64,000 nt of DNA. Origin: Felis catus (taxonomy: Eukaryota). The translations under genes were made by a program, and so were the position numbers. The notes beneath the pieces are model-generated. The model was not told where the DNA came from. It searched no databases and saw nothing but the letters and a program-made list of their open reading frames with translations. The stretch spans positions 22,632,001-22,696,000 of the forward strand of contig NC_058383.1 of NCBI RefSeq assembly GCF_018350175.1, given 5' to 3'. Shown in pieces: positions 28,501 through 41,710 of this stretch. The number at the start of each line of letters is the position of its first letter. Within the stretch, counting starts at the first letter, position 1.

Positions 28501-30016
28501 CTATAACAAAAGTCAGAAGAAATAATAAATGAAACGGCTGACTCCATTTTAGTCATATTACTTACTACCTTTCTGAAAAAGAGAAAGAAAGCCTCGATGT
28601 TTTGGCTCAAAAGCTTTTAACATGTACAGGTTATGGGTCTTTTGACATTAAAGAGCAGTGGCAAGAATGTCTCTGATAGAAATCTCCTATATCCGTAGTG
28701 TCTGAAACAGCAGCCACAAGACATTTGGGGCTATTAAGTACTTGACATGTGGCTAGTAGAACCAAAGAACTGAATTCTCAATTTTAATCAATTTTATGTG
28801 GCTGCCGTATTACACATCAGGGTTCTGGAGCAACGAGGGTTTCCAGATTGCTAACTCAAATGAACTCTACTCCCCTCCTCTGACCAAAAAAATTGCCACT
28901 GAAAGGAACATCAAGCTAAAGAGAACCGCAAAGGGTGGTTTTCTGCTAGGTACAAAATGACGGCCATTTCTGTCAACTTAACCTCCCAAAGAAACGGATC
29001 ACAAGGCTGGTAAACAGCCTAACTGCCTACAAGGGGCATTGCTCCAACAAATGGAAACTCAGCCTACTGCAGAAGTCTTCCCCGCTGCCCCACCCTCAAC
29101 CCCAGCTAAACAGAAAGCCTGGAGAGCCACATTTCGAAGAGAAATGCTGATCGCTCTCTAGACTGACATTAAGAAGCCTCTGACCCTGCCCCCCAGGGGG
29201 TTTGAGGCAGCTTGCTAAGGGTTCTCATTAGGCTCATGGCTCCCTAAAACAGCTCTTAACCAGCCCAAATGCCCAAGCTTGTTTCCTCTCCACCTGTGGC
29301 TTTCTAGGTCATTATTCGCTCCCTATTTGGAAAAGCTGAAAAACAGCCGAGCAGCCAGTGGGTGAAGGGAAACAATTCCACCAAAGTGAAGCACCAGGTG
29401 GCCACTTCAAAGCCTCCTTGGCACGGCAGAAACCCTCTGGCAGGGATATATTCAACAGTGCCAGACTGCTAGCAGAGGGTCCCTACACGTATTAGCCCCA
29501 GATTCCTCAACAAGCTGATAAAAATTAGCCAGGAGAATGGGTCCCTCTCATTAGGCCACGTCAGTCCTCATAACTAGCATCAATGAAACAAAGCAGCAGA
29601 GATTAACAGCTTAATTCGACTCATACCTCACAATCACCTTTTGGAAAAACTTCCCCTGTATTGAGGAAAACAGTTTTAAGACTGTTAAGCTACCATTAGT
29701 AACTCAAAACCTATGTTTAAGAAGCATGTAATGCTCCAGGGGTGTGACCAGTGGGAACACTCACTTCTGACGTGCTCACATTTCACAATTTCATAGATGT
29801 GGCAGAGGAAGATAGGTAAATGGAAAAGAACTCAATTGGTTACATTTTGATCTCATATTTGGGGGTGAAAATGTCCAAGCAAACACCTTTTAAGTGTTAA
29901 CACAGAGTTATGATTCCTTAGCTAAAACTCCACAGACAGATGTTTTAGATTTTTATAAAGCCCCAAAATCTAGTAAACTTTATAAAAGCAATATAGTTTA
30001 AAAATATGTTACACAT

Positions 30017-30240
30017 GGGGCACCTAGGTGGCTCAGTCGGTTACGTGTCTGACTGACTCTTGCTTTCAGTTCAGGTCATAATCTCACAAAATGTTGAGTT
30101 TGCTGGGCTCTGTGCTCACAGCTTGGAGCCTGCTTCAAATTCTGTGTTTCCCTCTCTCTCTGCCCCTCCCAAGAGACATGCTCTGCCTCTCTCTCTCTCT
30201 CTCTCTCAAAATTAAATAAACATTAAAAAAAATTTTTTTT
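30017..30240 (+). mobile_element. CanSINE in UBFD1 intron 3 (antisense to UBFD1)
   Basis: ggggcacctaggtggctcagtc head and (CT)n. TSD atgttacac. Confidence 0.9.
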
Positions 30241-31275
30241 AACATGTTACACGTTATCCTCTGTAGAATCTGGGGCGGCACCTTGTCACTGAACACATGA
30301 ATATTTCTATAGCAAAACATGAATATTCACAGTAATTCTGGTTACGTTTTGATACCTGGTCAGATTTTGGAAGCACATATAGAGGAATAGGGATCTGTAA
30401 CACAAAACTATCCTCTCACGCTATGAGCCACATGCCTTGGTGCGTATGATTACTAAAACTGATCTTGGTTCAGATTAGTCTACTCTACTCAGAACACAGG
30501 TTAAGTTGAGACTATTCATTTTGCTAGGACACTACTAAGAGTGCCTGAGAGGCTCCAGGACAACGACTGGGGTTTGCTGGGTAGCAAGGTGGCAAGTGAT
30601 GGTTCTTTCAACTAACTCCCTCTACGGTGAAATACTCTCACTTTTCCTAATTACGAAAAGAATTTTAATGGCTACACTGAGCAGAAGACAAGGCTGGATT
30701 TCTTCTATCCAACACGAGCAACAGAGAAGGTAAAAAAATCAGGCGCCCATTTCACGGACCAGGAGGGAAAAAACCCAATGCCGGTGTGGTTATGTTCCTA
30801 GTCAGCTTCATTTGGCTTCCTGAAAAAGTCAGTTTTAGAGGAACCTCTCTCTGCCGAGTCTGTGCCTATCCAGAAATGGCTTGTTGACTTGGGGGAAGCC
30901 ACAAACCGAAAAAACAAACGTAAGCACTTGTATAAAATGGGGGGTTAATTCTAACAGTCGCATTTTTCTCTGGCACTGAATAGAGAAGGGAAATCCACAA
31001 CTGATTCCTTTCGATACCTGGAGCCTGCCTTTCCAAAGGCCTTATCCTAAAGTAAGTAGACTTGAGACACACTGACCCGCCAGATGAGACAAAGTTGCAA
31101 ATCTCAGGTGGTTGTCACCTCCACTCAACAGCCAGCCGCACCCAACTGCTGCCATAAATTTCCATCATGGGCCCTGTCCAAAAAGGAGCTTATTCTAGGG
31201 AGAATATCACCAGCCAACGCTCCAGAGGACAAAGCCTCAAACTTCCCAGGACTAGCAATCACATGACAGACTCAC

Positions 31276-31484
31276 TTTCTGCCTGCAGAGCGGTTCCTTC
31301 TTGTTCTCTTCAGCCTTTGCGTCCTGCTGGGCAGCATCTTTGGGTGTGTTTACGGCTAAAACATCATTTATCGTGGAGCCAACCACCATGATCTTGGCTC
31401 CGCTGGTCACTTTTATTTCTCTCAATGTCTTATCCTCAGGGACAAGTCCCTTGTACATGACTTTTTGCATGGCAGGAGGGAGAC
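31276..31484 (-). CDS. UBFD1: UBFD1 coding exon 3
   Basis: Acceptor ttttcccaag| and donor AAA|gtgagt. Encodes LPPAMQKVMYKGLVPEDKTLREIKVTSGAKIMVVGS...EPLCRQK. Confidence 0.96.
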
Positions 31485-32396
31485 CTTGGGAAAAGATAGG
31501 AGAAAGTCAAAGGAAGGGATGAAAAATGCACCTGGACCAGAGTCATGTGGCAACAGACCTGGAAATGAATACTCCTCCACCACCTTGTGTGCTCAGGCAA
31601 CTCACAACCTGAGTCTGTTTCCAAAATTCTGTAATTGTGATGGCAGTAATTCCTTCTGCATAAACTTGTTTTAAGGATTTAGACATGAAACAGAACATTT
31701 AGTACAGTGTCCCGGTATTCAGTAATTATTCAATTAAGTTCAGCTATCATTCGTTCCAAGTTGTTCCTCAACCCTCTAAGCACGCAAATACTAAGTGAAA
31801 GACCACAGGTCTCAAAGATACAGAAATCAGTAAGGATAAAGTTGTTTTTAGAGAACTTACAGGCTTCATGGAGAAAACTTAAAAAAAAAAAATCATTTCA
31901 GTTGACAAAGTGCTGTAAGCAAGACAAAACTGAAAACTAAATAGTATAAGAATCTACAAAGGGGCCAGCAACGTTTCCTAAATTTCCCTTATGAGAATTA
32001 CCCAAGATATTTGCTAAAAATAAATTTCTGGCCACATTCCAGATACACTGAATCAAACCCTCTAGGGGAAAGGGCCTAGGAGCTGTAAATTTAACATGTA
32101 CCTCAGATGATTTTCATAAGAGAGGTTTCTGGCAACACTGATTGGAAGCAGGGGCCTAAGGGTCAGGCCTGGGCCTGAATCTCAGCTCAGCCACTTTCTA
32201 GCTCTATGATTTTGGGTCTCATTTTCCCCATCTGAACGATGGGCATATTAGTACTTACTCCGAAGAACTATTCTAAGCATTGACGGAGCAGATGCAAAGA
32301 GGGTGGCCAGCCCTGTGCTTAGCACAGTGCAAGCACTAGGAATCAGCAGGCGCGGTGAGGAAGGCTGGCTGTCGCTGACAGTGCCACGACGATTAC

Positions 32397-32729
32397 CTGT
32401 AATCGAGTGAATCTTCTGTTTTAGCTCAGAGCCTGTGCTATCCAGGGGGAACTTCACGTCGTGCTTAGTCTTGTTCCAGATGATCTTCAGGTCCACCAGC
32501 TCCTGGCCCGCGCCGCCACCAGCGTCCTCGCCGTTGCTGACCGAGGCCTGGGCCGCAGGGTCCCCAGGGGGCTGGGCCGGGGCCGGCTGCAAGCTGCCTC
32601 GCGCGGCGCAGGAGTCCTCGGCCGCCGCCGCCCCCGCCGCGACTTCGGCCTCCACGCAGTTTAGGGGCCGCGCGGGGGTCTCGGTCGCCACCGTCTCGGC
32701 CTCCGTGTCCATGCCAGGTTCCTCCATGC
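32397..32729 (-). CDS. UBFD1: UBFD1 coding exon 2
   Basis: Acceptor cccttgcag| and donor G|gtaatc. Encodes MEEPGMDTEAETVATE...ELVDLKIIWNKTKHDVKFPLDSTGSELKQKIHSIT, the start of the ubiquitin-like domain. Confidence 0.96.
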
Positions 32730-32911
32730 CTGCAAGGGGGTTAGGGGGTGGGCGCTCGCCGCAGGCTGGGCCTGGGACCCAACCCTCCTCGGGCGCTGCC
32801 GGACCTCCGCTCCCGAGCCAGACTACTCCCCAGCGGACCGGACCGCATCCCTCCCGGAGGCCCGCTTCACCTGGGCCCAACCCGGGGGCCCGCCACCACC
32901 GCCACACTCAC

Positions 32912-32936
32912 CATCCGGGGCTCCGGCTGCCGCCAT
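32912..32936 (-). CDS. UBFD1: UBFD1 coding exon 1
   Basis: atcATGG context. Encodes MAAAGAPD(G). Donor G|gtgagt. Confidence 0.9.
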
Positions 32937-33337
32937 GATGATTGTGTACAACACCCACCACTCCCGCAGAGGCCGCCGGGAAAAGACGAGCTAGCTGAGA
33001 TTGGCCCCCGCAGCAGCCCCTAATCTCGCACAGCCTGGCCGGAAACAGGTGGACGTTTCTATGGAGACCCGCCTCCTCCGCTTCCCCTGCCCGGCCCCTG
33101 CCACGCTTTAGCTTTCAGGACCCGAGGGGGGCGGGTCCGGGAAATCGCCCGCTCGATGGGCTCTGCCCCCTAGAGGCCTAATGGGGCCGGAGCGGCGTTG
33201 GGGAGCGTGGGCTTGCAGGCTAGGAGGCCTGCGCCTTTAAGGGGCGGGGCTGCGCCCTCTGTGGCAGACGCGGATTGGCTGGAAGGGGTCCTCGGAAGTG
33301 ATGCACCGAGAAGCCCACGTGTGCGATTCCATCCCAC

Positions 33338-33476
33338 ATGGCGGTGCTTCTGAAGAGGCTGCTGCAGTCGGCGAGGCCCCCCGCGGCCTTGGGCCGCCCC
33401 GTAGGACGGCGCGAGGCCAGCATGGGCACTGATCCCTGGGCTGCAGTGCGGGTGCGGTTCGCCCCCAGCCCCACAG
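33338..33476 (+). CDS. EARS2: EARS2 exon 1 (presequence plus start of catalytic domain)
   Basis: Encodes [28 protein letters not shown]...[10 protein letters not shown](G). Donor CAG|gtaacc. Confidence 0.96.
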
Positions 33477-35760
33477 GTAACCTGGGCGGACGTGACGCTG
33501 TAGGTCGAAGTCCATCGTACCGTGTCCGCCCCCCGAATATTCCCGAACGAATCCCTTCCGGTCGAGTCAGACTGGGCGGGCAACGCGACCCTATTTTGCA
33601 GGCGTAGAAGTAGGCCCACAAGTAGGCCCACAAGCGTGATTTATTCACATTGCCAGGAAGTTCTTTGTGTTTATCGAACTGTACCATTTCTTTCGGTCCC
33701 TTTTTCATGTATTCAATAAATGTTTATTGAGGACCAACAGTGTGCCAGGTATTGTTTTAGGCCTTGGGATGCCGTGGTCTCCAGGAACGTTTTTGGCTCT
33801 TGTTCCCAAGAAGCCTATCCTATAGTATACATTATAGCCGCGACAAATACGTGTAAAAATAACTGTAGTTTTAGTTACAGATGCCATAAAAGAAATGAAG
33901 CAGAGTAGGGGTCTGGGGGTTAGATAGGAAGCTCAAGAAGGGCGTGTTGAGGATGTAGCGTTTGAATTGAGAACCAAAAGACAAGAAGTCTATGTATGTG
34001 AAGTCTGTATGAAGTCCATAAGAAGGACTTTAGGCAGAGGAAATTGCAGGTACAAAGACCCTGTGGTTAATGTTGGCACTCAGCAAGCCAAAAGAATTAG
34101 GCAGAGGCTCACTGTATGCCCTAGTGGAGAGCTTGTCAGGGTGTCCCCACCATTTCCCCCCGGTTTGTTTTTCTCACGGAGGCTTCCTTCTGCCCTCTCC
34201 ACACTGAGCATTCCTCTCATGCAGAACCTGTGGGTCCACATGTAAGCCTTTGTGTCAAGATCCCACCTGCACAGAGTGACAGGATCTTTCCTGGCAGGCA
34301 GCAGAGTGTAGAGCCGGCCTCTCAGACCATGGTGACAGGACTGGTTTTTAATTTCTAATTGATTATGGATCAGTATTTTTATATAACCAACAGAAATGAG
34401 TTACTAAAAAGGACAAATATTGAAAGCATACAAAATATGAGCCTATTTCTGTTGAATTCACCAAATATTAAATTACTCTGTCAAATTGCAGTTTCTAAAT
34501 ATTTTTTCTCAATTTCTGTGCTTACTTGGTTATGAACTGGCAGCAGTTTCTAGACCAGCAAGTGTCTGTACTTGGCTTTGCACAGCACTCATGTAGTGGT
34601 TGGGGGCCACAAGGTCTGAGGTTGGCTGGGTCCAAATTGCCAGCTTTGCCGTTTGTTAGCTGTGTGACACGGGCAAATTGCATAACCTTCCTGAGCTTCT
34701 GAGTTTTACCTTCTGCCAAACAGGGCTAGTAATAGTTCCTGCCTTGTGGGTTTGAGCTAATGCAACTGAGGCACTTAGCAAGGGCTGGTACTTAGCACTT
34801 AATAAACAATATTCTCTATTATGATTATAGTTCTCCTTTTTTTTCTGATTTGCAGGAAAAGCCCATACAGAAAAGGCTGCTGACTACAGGCAGATAAAAC
34901 ATACTACAGACAGATTTATGAAACAACATAGGTCATTAATAGCTAAAATTAATTGGAGGGTATACTTTGACCAGCGCTTAGGTCACAACAGCCCTGTAAG
35001 GAAAGTTTCTTTTTTCTTTTCTTTTTTTAAAATCTTAGCAGATGAGGAGATTGAAGCTCATACACATGAAGTAAAGTGCCCAAGGGATAGCAACTGGTAA
35101 ATGGTGGATGGAGAATTTAAATCCAGATTACTGGACCCCTGTCTTCTGTCTTGGGGACCTCTGGTTTTGTGGTTGCCTTGTAATAACTAGCAGAAGGTCA
35201 CACATAATCTGTGTTGAAGAAGTTTGCCTGATGCCAGAAGAGCCTCATGGGTCCCATGTTTCCTCCTAAACCTGTAGATGCAGAGAGGCTCGTTATGGAG
35301 TCAGAGCCATGGCCTGGACCAAAGAAGATATTAGCTTTTTTTTTTTCACCCAAGCACATCATTGAATTTGTACATGTTAAATGGATGTGTGGTAATGGCT
35401 TCAGTGGATAATCCTCTGTCCTTATTTGGGTAAAACTTGGCCTTGAGGTAAATCTAAGTAGAACAGTGGGTGCAGTTAGGAAGAGTTGGAGTCTTTTTTT
35501 TTTTTTTCCACAAAATTACATGCTCTAAAACTTGGGTGGTCTTCTATTTCCAGGATGAGGGGCTAAAGAGGTTGACCACCCCTGTCCTCTCCTGTGGCAG
35601 TCTGTCTCGGTGTTGACTGGAAGGATGGGACAGGGGTAGCTGTTCCTTGAGCTTTGATATTCACTGGGACGTCCTGGTACAAGCAGGGCTTACTTGCGTC
35701 TGGCTGAGGTGTGTCAGTTCATCTTCCCTGTCTTGACTGAGTGTTCTCTTCTTATACTAG

Positions 35761-35916
35761 GCTTCTTGCACCTGGGTGGCCTACGCACTGCCTTATACAA
35801 CTATATCTTTGCCAAGAAGCACCAGGGGAGCTTCATCCTCAGGCTGGAAGACACGGATCAGACCCGCCTTGTGCCTGGGGCAGCAGAGAATATTGAAGAC
35901 ATGCTGGAGTGGGCAG
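35761..35916 (+). CDS. EARS2: EARS2 exon 2 (HIGH motif)
   Basis: Acceptor ctcttcttatactag| and donor CAG|gtgagg. Encodes [35 protein letters not shown]...MLEWA. Confidence 0.97.
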
Positions 35917-36986
35917 GTGAGGCGGTCAGGAAAAAAACCCTTCTCCAAGGGGGAAGTGGGAGCAGGGAAAGGAGCCAGTAGGCCTCACAGGGCCCAAGCT
36001 GGACAATGAGGAGTTCCTGGAGAGATGGGTATATTTGTGCTGCCTCAGGAGGCACGTGCCCCCCCAAAAAAGATGCTAAAGAAATGCTCTGAGGCTGTTT
36101 TGAGGTTCCTGTTCTTAGAGTGTCAGGTGCTACTGGGAACAGACAGGAAACACAGGCCAAGCATAAGATGGAATTGGAGAGGCGAGGCGTGTGGTGAGCA
36201 GAAGGCTCCAGCCCCTTGTTCCCATGTGGGAATTCTGGCCCAGCTTGTCCAACCTTCTGACTTCCAAGAGGAGCCAGAAATCCAGGTTTTTGTTACTGTT
36301 TTTTTTTTTTTTTTTTTAATGAATACTCGCCATTGTTAAACTTGAACTCAGATTTTTTTTTTTTTTAAACACACTGTGTGAGCCAAACTAAATGTGTACA
36401 GCTTCTAAAGTCAGTCTTCTTATGGGAAGTTTAATCTGAAGGACTGCTAAACCCCAGGAAGACAAGGAGGAGTGTGTTTGTGTTCCCTGGGTCAACAATT
36501 GCTTACCTGTCAAGACAGGTATAACCAGTTAAGTTCTCCAAGGAAAAATACCAAAAATACCGAGACTTTTATGAGATGTGTATTTTAATCTGCAGTAAAT
36601 TATTAACTAGACTTTGGGTTCCCAAAGGGCAGAAACTGATTTCGTTTTTATCTTCTATTGTAGAACATTATGGCAGATGCTTAGTTGAGATTAGTTGAGT
36701 AAAGGAATTCAAAGAGATCACTTATTGTAATTTAGGTTGTGTTCCAGCGTTGAACAGAGACTCTGTTGTCAGTAATTGGAAGACAGATAAATTAATTCAT
36801 TTTCACCATGATGTTAAGTGTTAATGTGTGCTATGGAGAAAAGGTTAACAGGTTAGAGAACTGACAGGGAGGGATACTGTTTTAGACAGGGTGGTCTTCT
36901 CTGAGGAGGGGACATTAAAGCAGAGATCACACAAAGTGAGGGGCCAGCCCTGTGGCTACTTGCACGAAGACTGTTCAAAGCAGAGG

Positions 36987-37358
36987 CAGGACACCTGGGT
37001 GGCTCAGTAGGTTCAGCATCCGACTCTTGGTTTTAGCTCAGGTCATGATCTCACGGTTTCATGAGTTCAAGCCCCACATCAGGCTCTGCGCTGGCAGCCT
37101 GCTTGAGATTCTCTCTCTCCCTCTCTCTCTCTGCCCTTCCCCCACTCGTGCTGTCTGTCTTTCTCAAAATAAATAAATAAACTTAAAATTTAAAAGCAGG
37201 GCATCTGGGTAGCTCAGTTGATTAAGCATCCGACTTCGGCTCAGGTCATGATTTTGCAGTTCATAAGTATGAGCCCTGTGTTGGGCTCTGTGCTGAGAGA
37301 TTCTGTGTTTCCTTCGGATTCTGTGTTTCCTTCTCTCTCTGTTCCTCCCCTACTTGCA

Positions 37359-37389
<31 letters not shown>

Positions 37390-37410
37390 AAAAATAAAGA
37401 TTAAAAAATT
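36987..37410 (+). mobile_element. Two tandem CanSINEs in EARS2 intron 2
   Basis: Heads at about 36987 and 37198, each with a CT-rich region and A tail. aaagcag(agg) repeats at the flanks. Confidence 0.88.
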
Positions 37411-38764
37411 TAATTTAAAAAGCAGAGGGAATGGCAGATGTGAAGGCCCTGATGAAGGAAAGCATAGGGTGTATTAGAGGAGCAGCAAAGAGGCCAGCAT
37501 GGCCCAAGGACTGTGACCAAGCAGAGGGACTGGAGATGTGAGGACAGAAGTCGGCTGGTACTGAACCTGCAGTACCAGGCAGGCCAGGATGAGAACTTGG
37601 ATTTCACTGAGTGTCTGCTATATGTCAGCCATTGTCTGAACAGGAGGTCCAGGGGTGAAAGAGTCCTACCCTTGGAGCCCCTGGTGCAGCACGATTGTGT
37701 AAATGACGCCTGCAGCCCCTCAGCACAGCTTCCTCCGGTGTGGTGGAGAGGCAGAGCTGACTCCTGTGGCTTCTTAATTTAGGAGTCACCCTTTTTGTGT
37801 GTAATTGACATAAAATTTACCTGACACGAAAGTCACCATTTCAAAGTCTACAAATCAGTGGTTTTTATTGAAAGCTGTTTAGGGTAGAAATACCACCATC
37901 CGGCTCTTTTGTGTCCCCTTTGTCTCTGCAGAAAGTGTATATTGGTTAAATCTGTCCTTTGTGACCGGAGGAAACTGAACCTTGGGCTGGAGCTGTGGCT
38001 TACAACAGATCGCATTTCATATAACAGCGCCCATCGCAGTGGTTCTGCGTGTGTGCACCAGGCTGAGCGCTTTGAAAGTACCAGTGCATCCCGTTCTTGC
38101 CACCGCCCCGCATGCTAGAGCATAGCTCCGCTTTGTGGGGAAGGAGGCTGAGGCAGTACAATCAGGGTGAAAAGCGTGGATTCTGTGGCCCCCTGGCCTG
38201 GCTTCGAACGCATCTGTACCGCTTGCTGTTGGCCAAGTGATGTAACAGAGCCCCTCTGTGCCTCAGCGTCCGTACTGAATGGGGGTCACGATGGCGTCTA
38301 CCTAGTAGGGCGGTTCTGAGGCTTGATGGAAGTCATGGGACACAAGAGCAGCCTGGCAGGTGCTTGGCACTGCGGCCCTCACCCGTCTTCAGGATCCCTT
38401 GTCACGGCTTCTCTGGCGCAGAACTAGGGGTCCAGCCAGGGCTATGCCCTGAACCATACTTCGTTCTTTGGAGCCAGCTCTTCCAGGCCTGGGCTGCTTT
38501 CCCACTCCCCAGGGAAAGGACAGATGGAGAGGAAGGGCAGTTGAGAGCGTGGACTATGGAGGTGACACACCCCTGTGACTCCTTACCTTTCAGGCCTCAC
38601 AACCTTGAGTGCTTACCCTCTCTTGTCTTTCAACTGGTCACCTATAAAAAGGAAATCGCGACAGTAACGATATTGAGGGTTGTTGTGAGGATTAAAAGCT
38701 TTACTGTATGCATAAGGCACACAGAACAGTGCCGAACCGGTGCTGTCAGCATCTTCATCGTTAG

Positions 38765-38989
<225 letters not shown>

Positions 38990-39710
38990 TGAGAGCCCCA
39001 GCCTGTCGAGGCTGCTTCCCCAAAGTCGTGTGTGTCCCTCATCTGCATGACAGATTCCCCCCAAACTGTGGTCCCTGCACAGCCTCTTTGGTCAGGAGTC
39101 TGGGCGCAGCTCTGCTGGCTCCCTTGGCTCAGAGTCTCTCTCAAAGCTGCAGTCAAGGTTTTGGCCAGGTTTGTGGTTTCCTCAAGACTGGCCTTGCAGA
39201 GGGTCCGCTTCCATTTCTCTCATGAGGCTGCTGGCTGACCGTGGGCTACACTGGCTGTTGTGCGGAGATGCCAGCTCCTTGCCATGTGGGCCTGTCCACA
39301 GCACAGCTCACAGCATAGCAGCTGGCCTCGCTGTGGGCAAGGTGGACAGAAAGCAAAAGAGAGCAAGACAGAAGCCAGTCTGTTTGTAACTGAACAGAGG
39401 AAGCAACATCTTGTCACTTGTGCCGAATTCTCTTCCCAAAAAGAAAGTTGTTAGGTCCAGCCCACACTCCAGGCAGGGGATGACACAAGGGCAGAAACAC
39501 CGGAGGTGGGCATCACTGGGGCCATGTCAGAGCTGCCGACCACACTGGCTCTCAGGCAGTAGTAACACGTAAAGTAACTTCAATTATTTGTAATTCTGAG
39601 TAAGTAAAGTTTTTTTCAGAGGCAGAGAGATGTATATGCAAAGATCTCTCCTAACCCTGACTCTGGCCCCTCAATTTCCCTTTCTATAAACAACTGCAGT
39701 TAGAATTTTC

Positions 39711-40089
39711 TTTCTTTTTTTTTTAACGTTTATTTTTAAATTTTTTTTAATGTTTATTTTTTGAGAGAGAGCACAAGCAGGGAAGAGGCAGAGAGAGGGA
39801 GACACAGAATCCAAAGCAGGCTCCAGGCTCTGAGCTGTCAGCACAGCACGGACAGCTGTCAGCACAGCACTCACCAACTGAGTCACCCAGGGGACCCCAT
39901 ATATTTATTTTTGAGAGAGAGAGAGCACATGTGAGCTGGAGAGTGGCAGAGAGAGAAGGGGACAGAGGATCCAAAGCAGGCTCTGAGTTTACAGCAGAGA
40001 ACTCAGTGTGGGGTTTGAACTCATGAAACGTGAGATCATGACCTGAGCTGAAGTTGGATGCTTAACTGACTAAGCCACCCAGGTGACCC
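39711..40089 (-). mobile_element. Two tandem antisense CanSINEs in EARS2 intron 3
   Basis: Heads end near 39898 and 40089. The whole unit is flanked by TSD tagaattttct. Confidence 0.88.
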
Positions 40090-40535
40090 TAGAATTTTCT
40101 TCTGTCTTCTCCAGAGACACTCAACGCATGTACCCTGATGAACACGTATTGTTTCTCTTCCCCATTCCAATGGCAGCACACAATATACGGATTGTGCAAC
40201 TTACCGTTCCCACTTACCTTTTTTGAGGCTATCCAATCTATATAGGCCCACACATTTTTCTTATGCTTGCATGGTATTCCACTGTACAGATGTAACATCC
40301 GTTAAGCACTTTCTTACTCATGAATCTTGATGCCATTTCTAATCTGTAGTTATAATGAAAGAGCTGGGATGGATCATGTTGACATATGTTGTTGTGCACG
40401 TGTGCAGGGTGTTTGTTGGAGGCCCTCCCAGATGAGGAATTGCAGGGCCAGTTTGGAGCTTTAATAGACACTGCCTGTGGCCCTTGACCACCTTGCTTCC
40501 CATCAGCAGTGGCATCAGGACATCTTGAGTTCCAG

Positions 40536-41031
40536 TTTATTTATTTACTTACTTACTTACTTACTTACTTATTTATTTATTTATTTTTTAAATATTTTTT
40601 TAACGTTTTATTTATTTTTGAGACAGAGACAGAGCATGAACAGGGGAGGGTCAGAGAGAGAGGGAGACACAGAATCTGAAACAGGCTCCAGGCTCTGAGC
40701 TGTCAGCACCGAGCCCGACGCGGGGCTTGAACTCATGGACTGTGAGATCATGACCTGAGCCGAAGTCGGATGCTTAACCGACCAAGCCACCCAGGCGCCC
40801 CTTACTTATTTATTTTTTAAAGAAATTAAAACAAAGTTTTTTTAAGTTTATTTAAGGAATCTCTACACCCAACGTGGGGCCCAAACTCATGACCACAAGA
40901 TCAAGAGCCACATGCTCTTGCGACCGAGCCAGCCAGGTGCCCCGCCCCCTTTTAAAGATAAGCTTCATGCCTGATGTGGGGCTTGAACTCACATCCTTAA
41001 AGTCAAGAGTCAAGCTCTCATGGGCACCCCC
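40536..41031 (-). mobile_element. Antisense CanSINE cluster with (TTAC/TTAT)n microsatellite tail
   Basis: Full-length copy at about 40586-40801 and short copies at about 40836-41031. Flanked by tgagttccagttta repeats. Confidence 0.85.
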
Positions 41032-41391
41032 CACTGAGTTCCAGTTTAAATGAACTGTTTGGAAAAGCACTGGATATTTGTATGAGGTCATGATATTCAC
41101 TGCAGCTTTACTTTTTTGTCATAAATAGTCTACTTGTCTATTGGTAGAAGGTTATTTTTTAAAATTATAGTCAAGTTCTGTTGTGGAATCCATGCAGCCA
41201 TTTATTAATTGAACACTTAGCTCTGTGACAAGGAGTATACTTTCAAGCTTTACATTTCTGTGTCAGGATTCTTCGGGGAGTAAGTAATGGAACACCCCTT
41301 TTAAAAGGGACAAACCATGCTAACTAACTTGGAGGTAAATTAAAAAAATAAATAGATAAAATTTAAAAAAATTAATAAAAGGGACAAACCA

Positions 41392-41710
41392 GGGGCGTCC
41401 AGCTGGCTCAGCGGATGGAGCATGCGACTCTTGATCTTAGGGTCATGAGTTCAAGCCCCATATTGATGGTAGGGTTTACTTAAAAAAAAAAAAGAATAGG
41501 GGTGCCTGGGCGGCTCAGTTGGTTAAGCGGCCGACTTCAGCTCAGGTCATCATCTCTGGTTCATGAGTTCGAGCCCCGCATTGGGCTCTCTGCTGTTAGT
41601 GCAGAGCCTACTTCAGAGCCTCTGTCCCCTTCTCTTTCTGCCCCTTCCCAGCACTTGCACACAAGTGCTTGCTCACTGTCTCTCTCTCTTTCTCTCAAAA
41701 ATAAATTTAA
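41392..41710 (+). mobile_element. Short plus full-length CanSINEs in EARS2 intron 3
   Basis: Heads ggggcgtccagctggctcag (41392) and ggggtgcctgggcggctcag (about 41498). Confidence 0.88.

Larger units (their letters stand above)
18060..32936 (-). other. UBFD1: UBFD1 gene (ubiquitin family domain containing 1), start codon to probable distal 3' end
   Basis: Seven coding exons (25+333+209+66+106+83+111 = 933 nt; 310 aa plus stop) reading MAAAGAPDGMEEPGMDTEAE...DTVLGKWQYF*. The 3' end is inferred from polyA signals. Confidence 0.93.
32400..33620. promoter_or_regulatory. Bidirectional CpG-island promoter shared by UBFD1 (-) and EARS2 (+)
   Basis: Divergent start codons at 32936 and 33338. GC box GGGGCGGGGC at 33241-33250, inverted CCAAT at 33274-33278, ETS/GABP-type CCGGAA at 33039-33044 and CGGAAGTG at 33293-33300, E-box CACGTG at 33316-33321. 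No obvious TATA box. Confidence 0.88.

Noticed and set aside
32248..32938. 219-aa (-) and 167-aa (+) ORFs at the UBFD1 5' end
   Set aside because: The minus ORF is exon 2 plus flanking intron read-through. The plus ORF is its antisense shadow.
33301..33432. Out-of-frame upstream ATG (33301) giving an ORF overlapping the EARS2 start
   Set aside because: It abuts the ETS promoter motif and is probably at or upstream of the TSS. It cannot be called a uORF without TSS data.
33608..33634. Short tandem duplications (aagtaggcccac x2 here, agcatcaggtg x2 near 10035, AT-rich ~19-mer repeats near 2070-2120)
   Set aside because: Ordinary replication-slippage duplications with no further structure.
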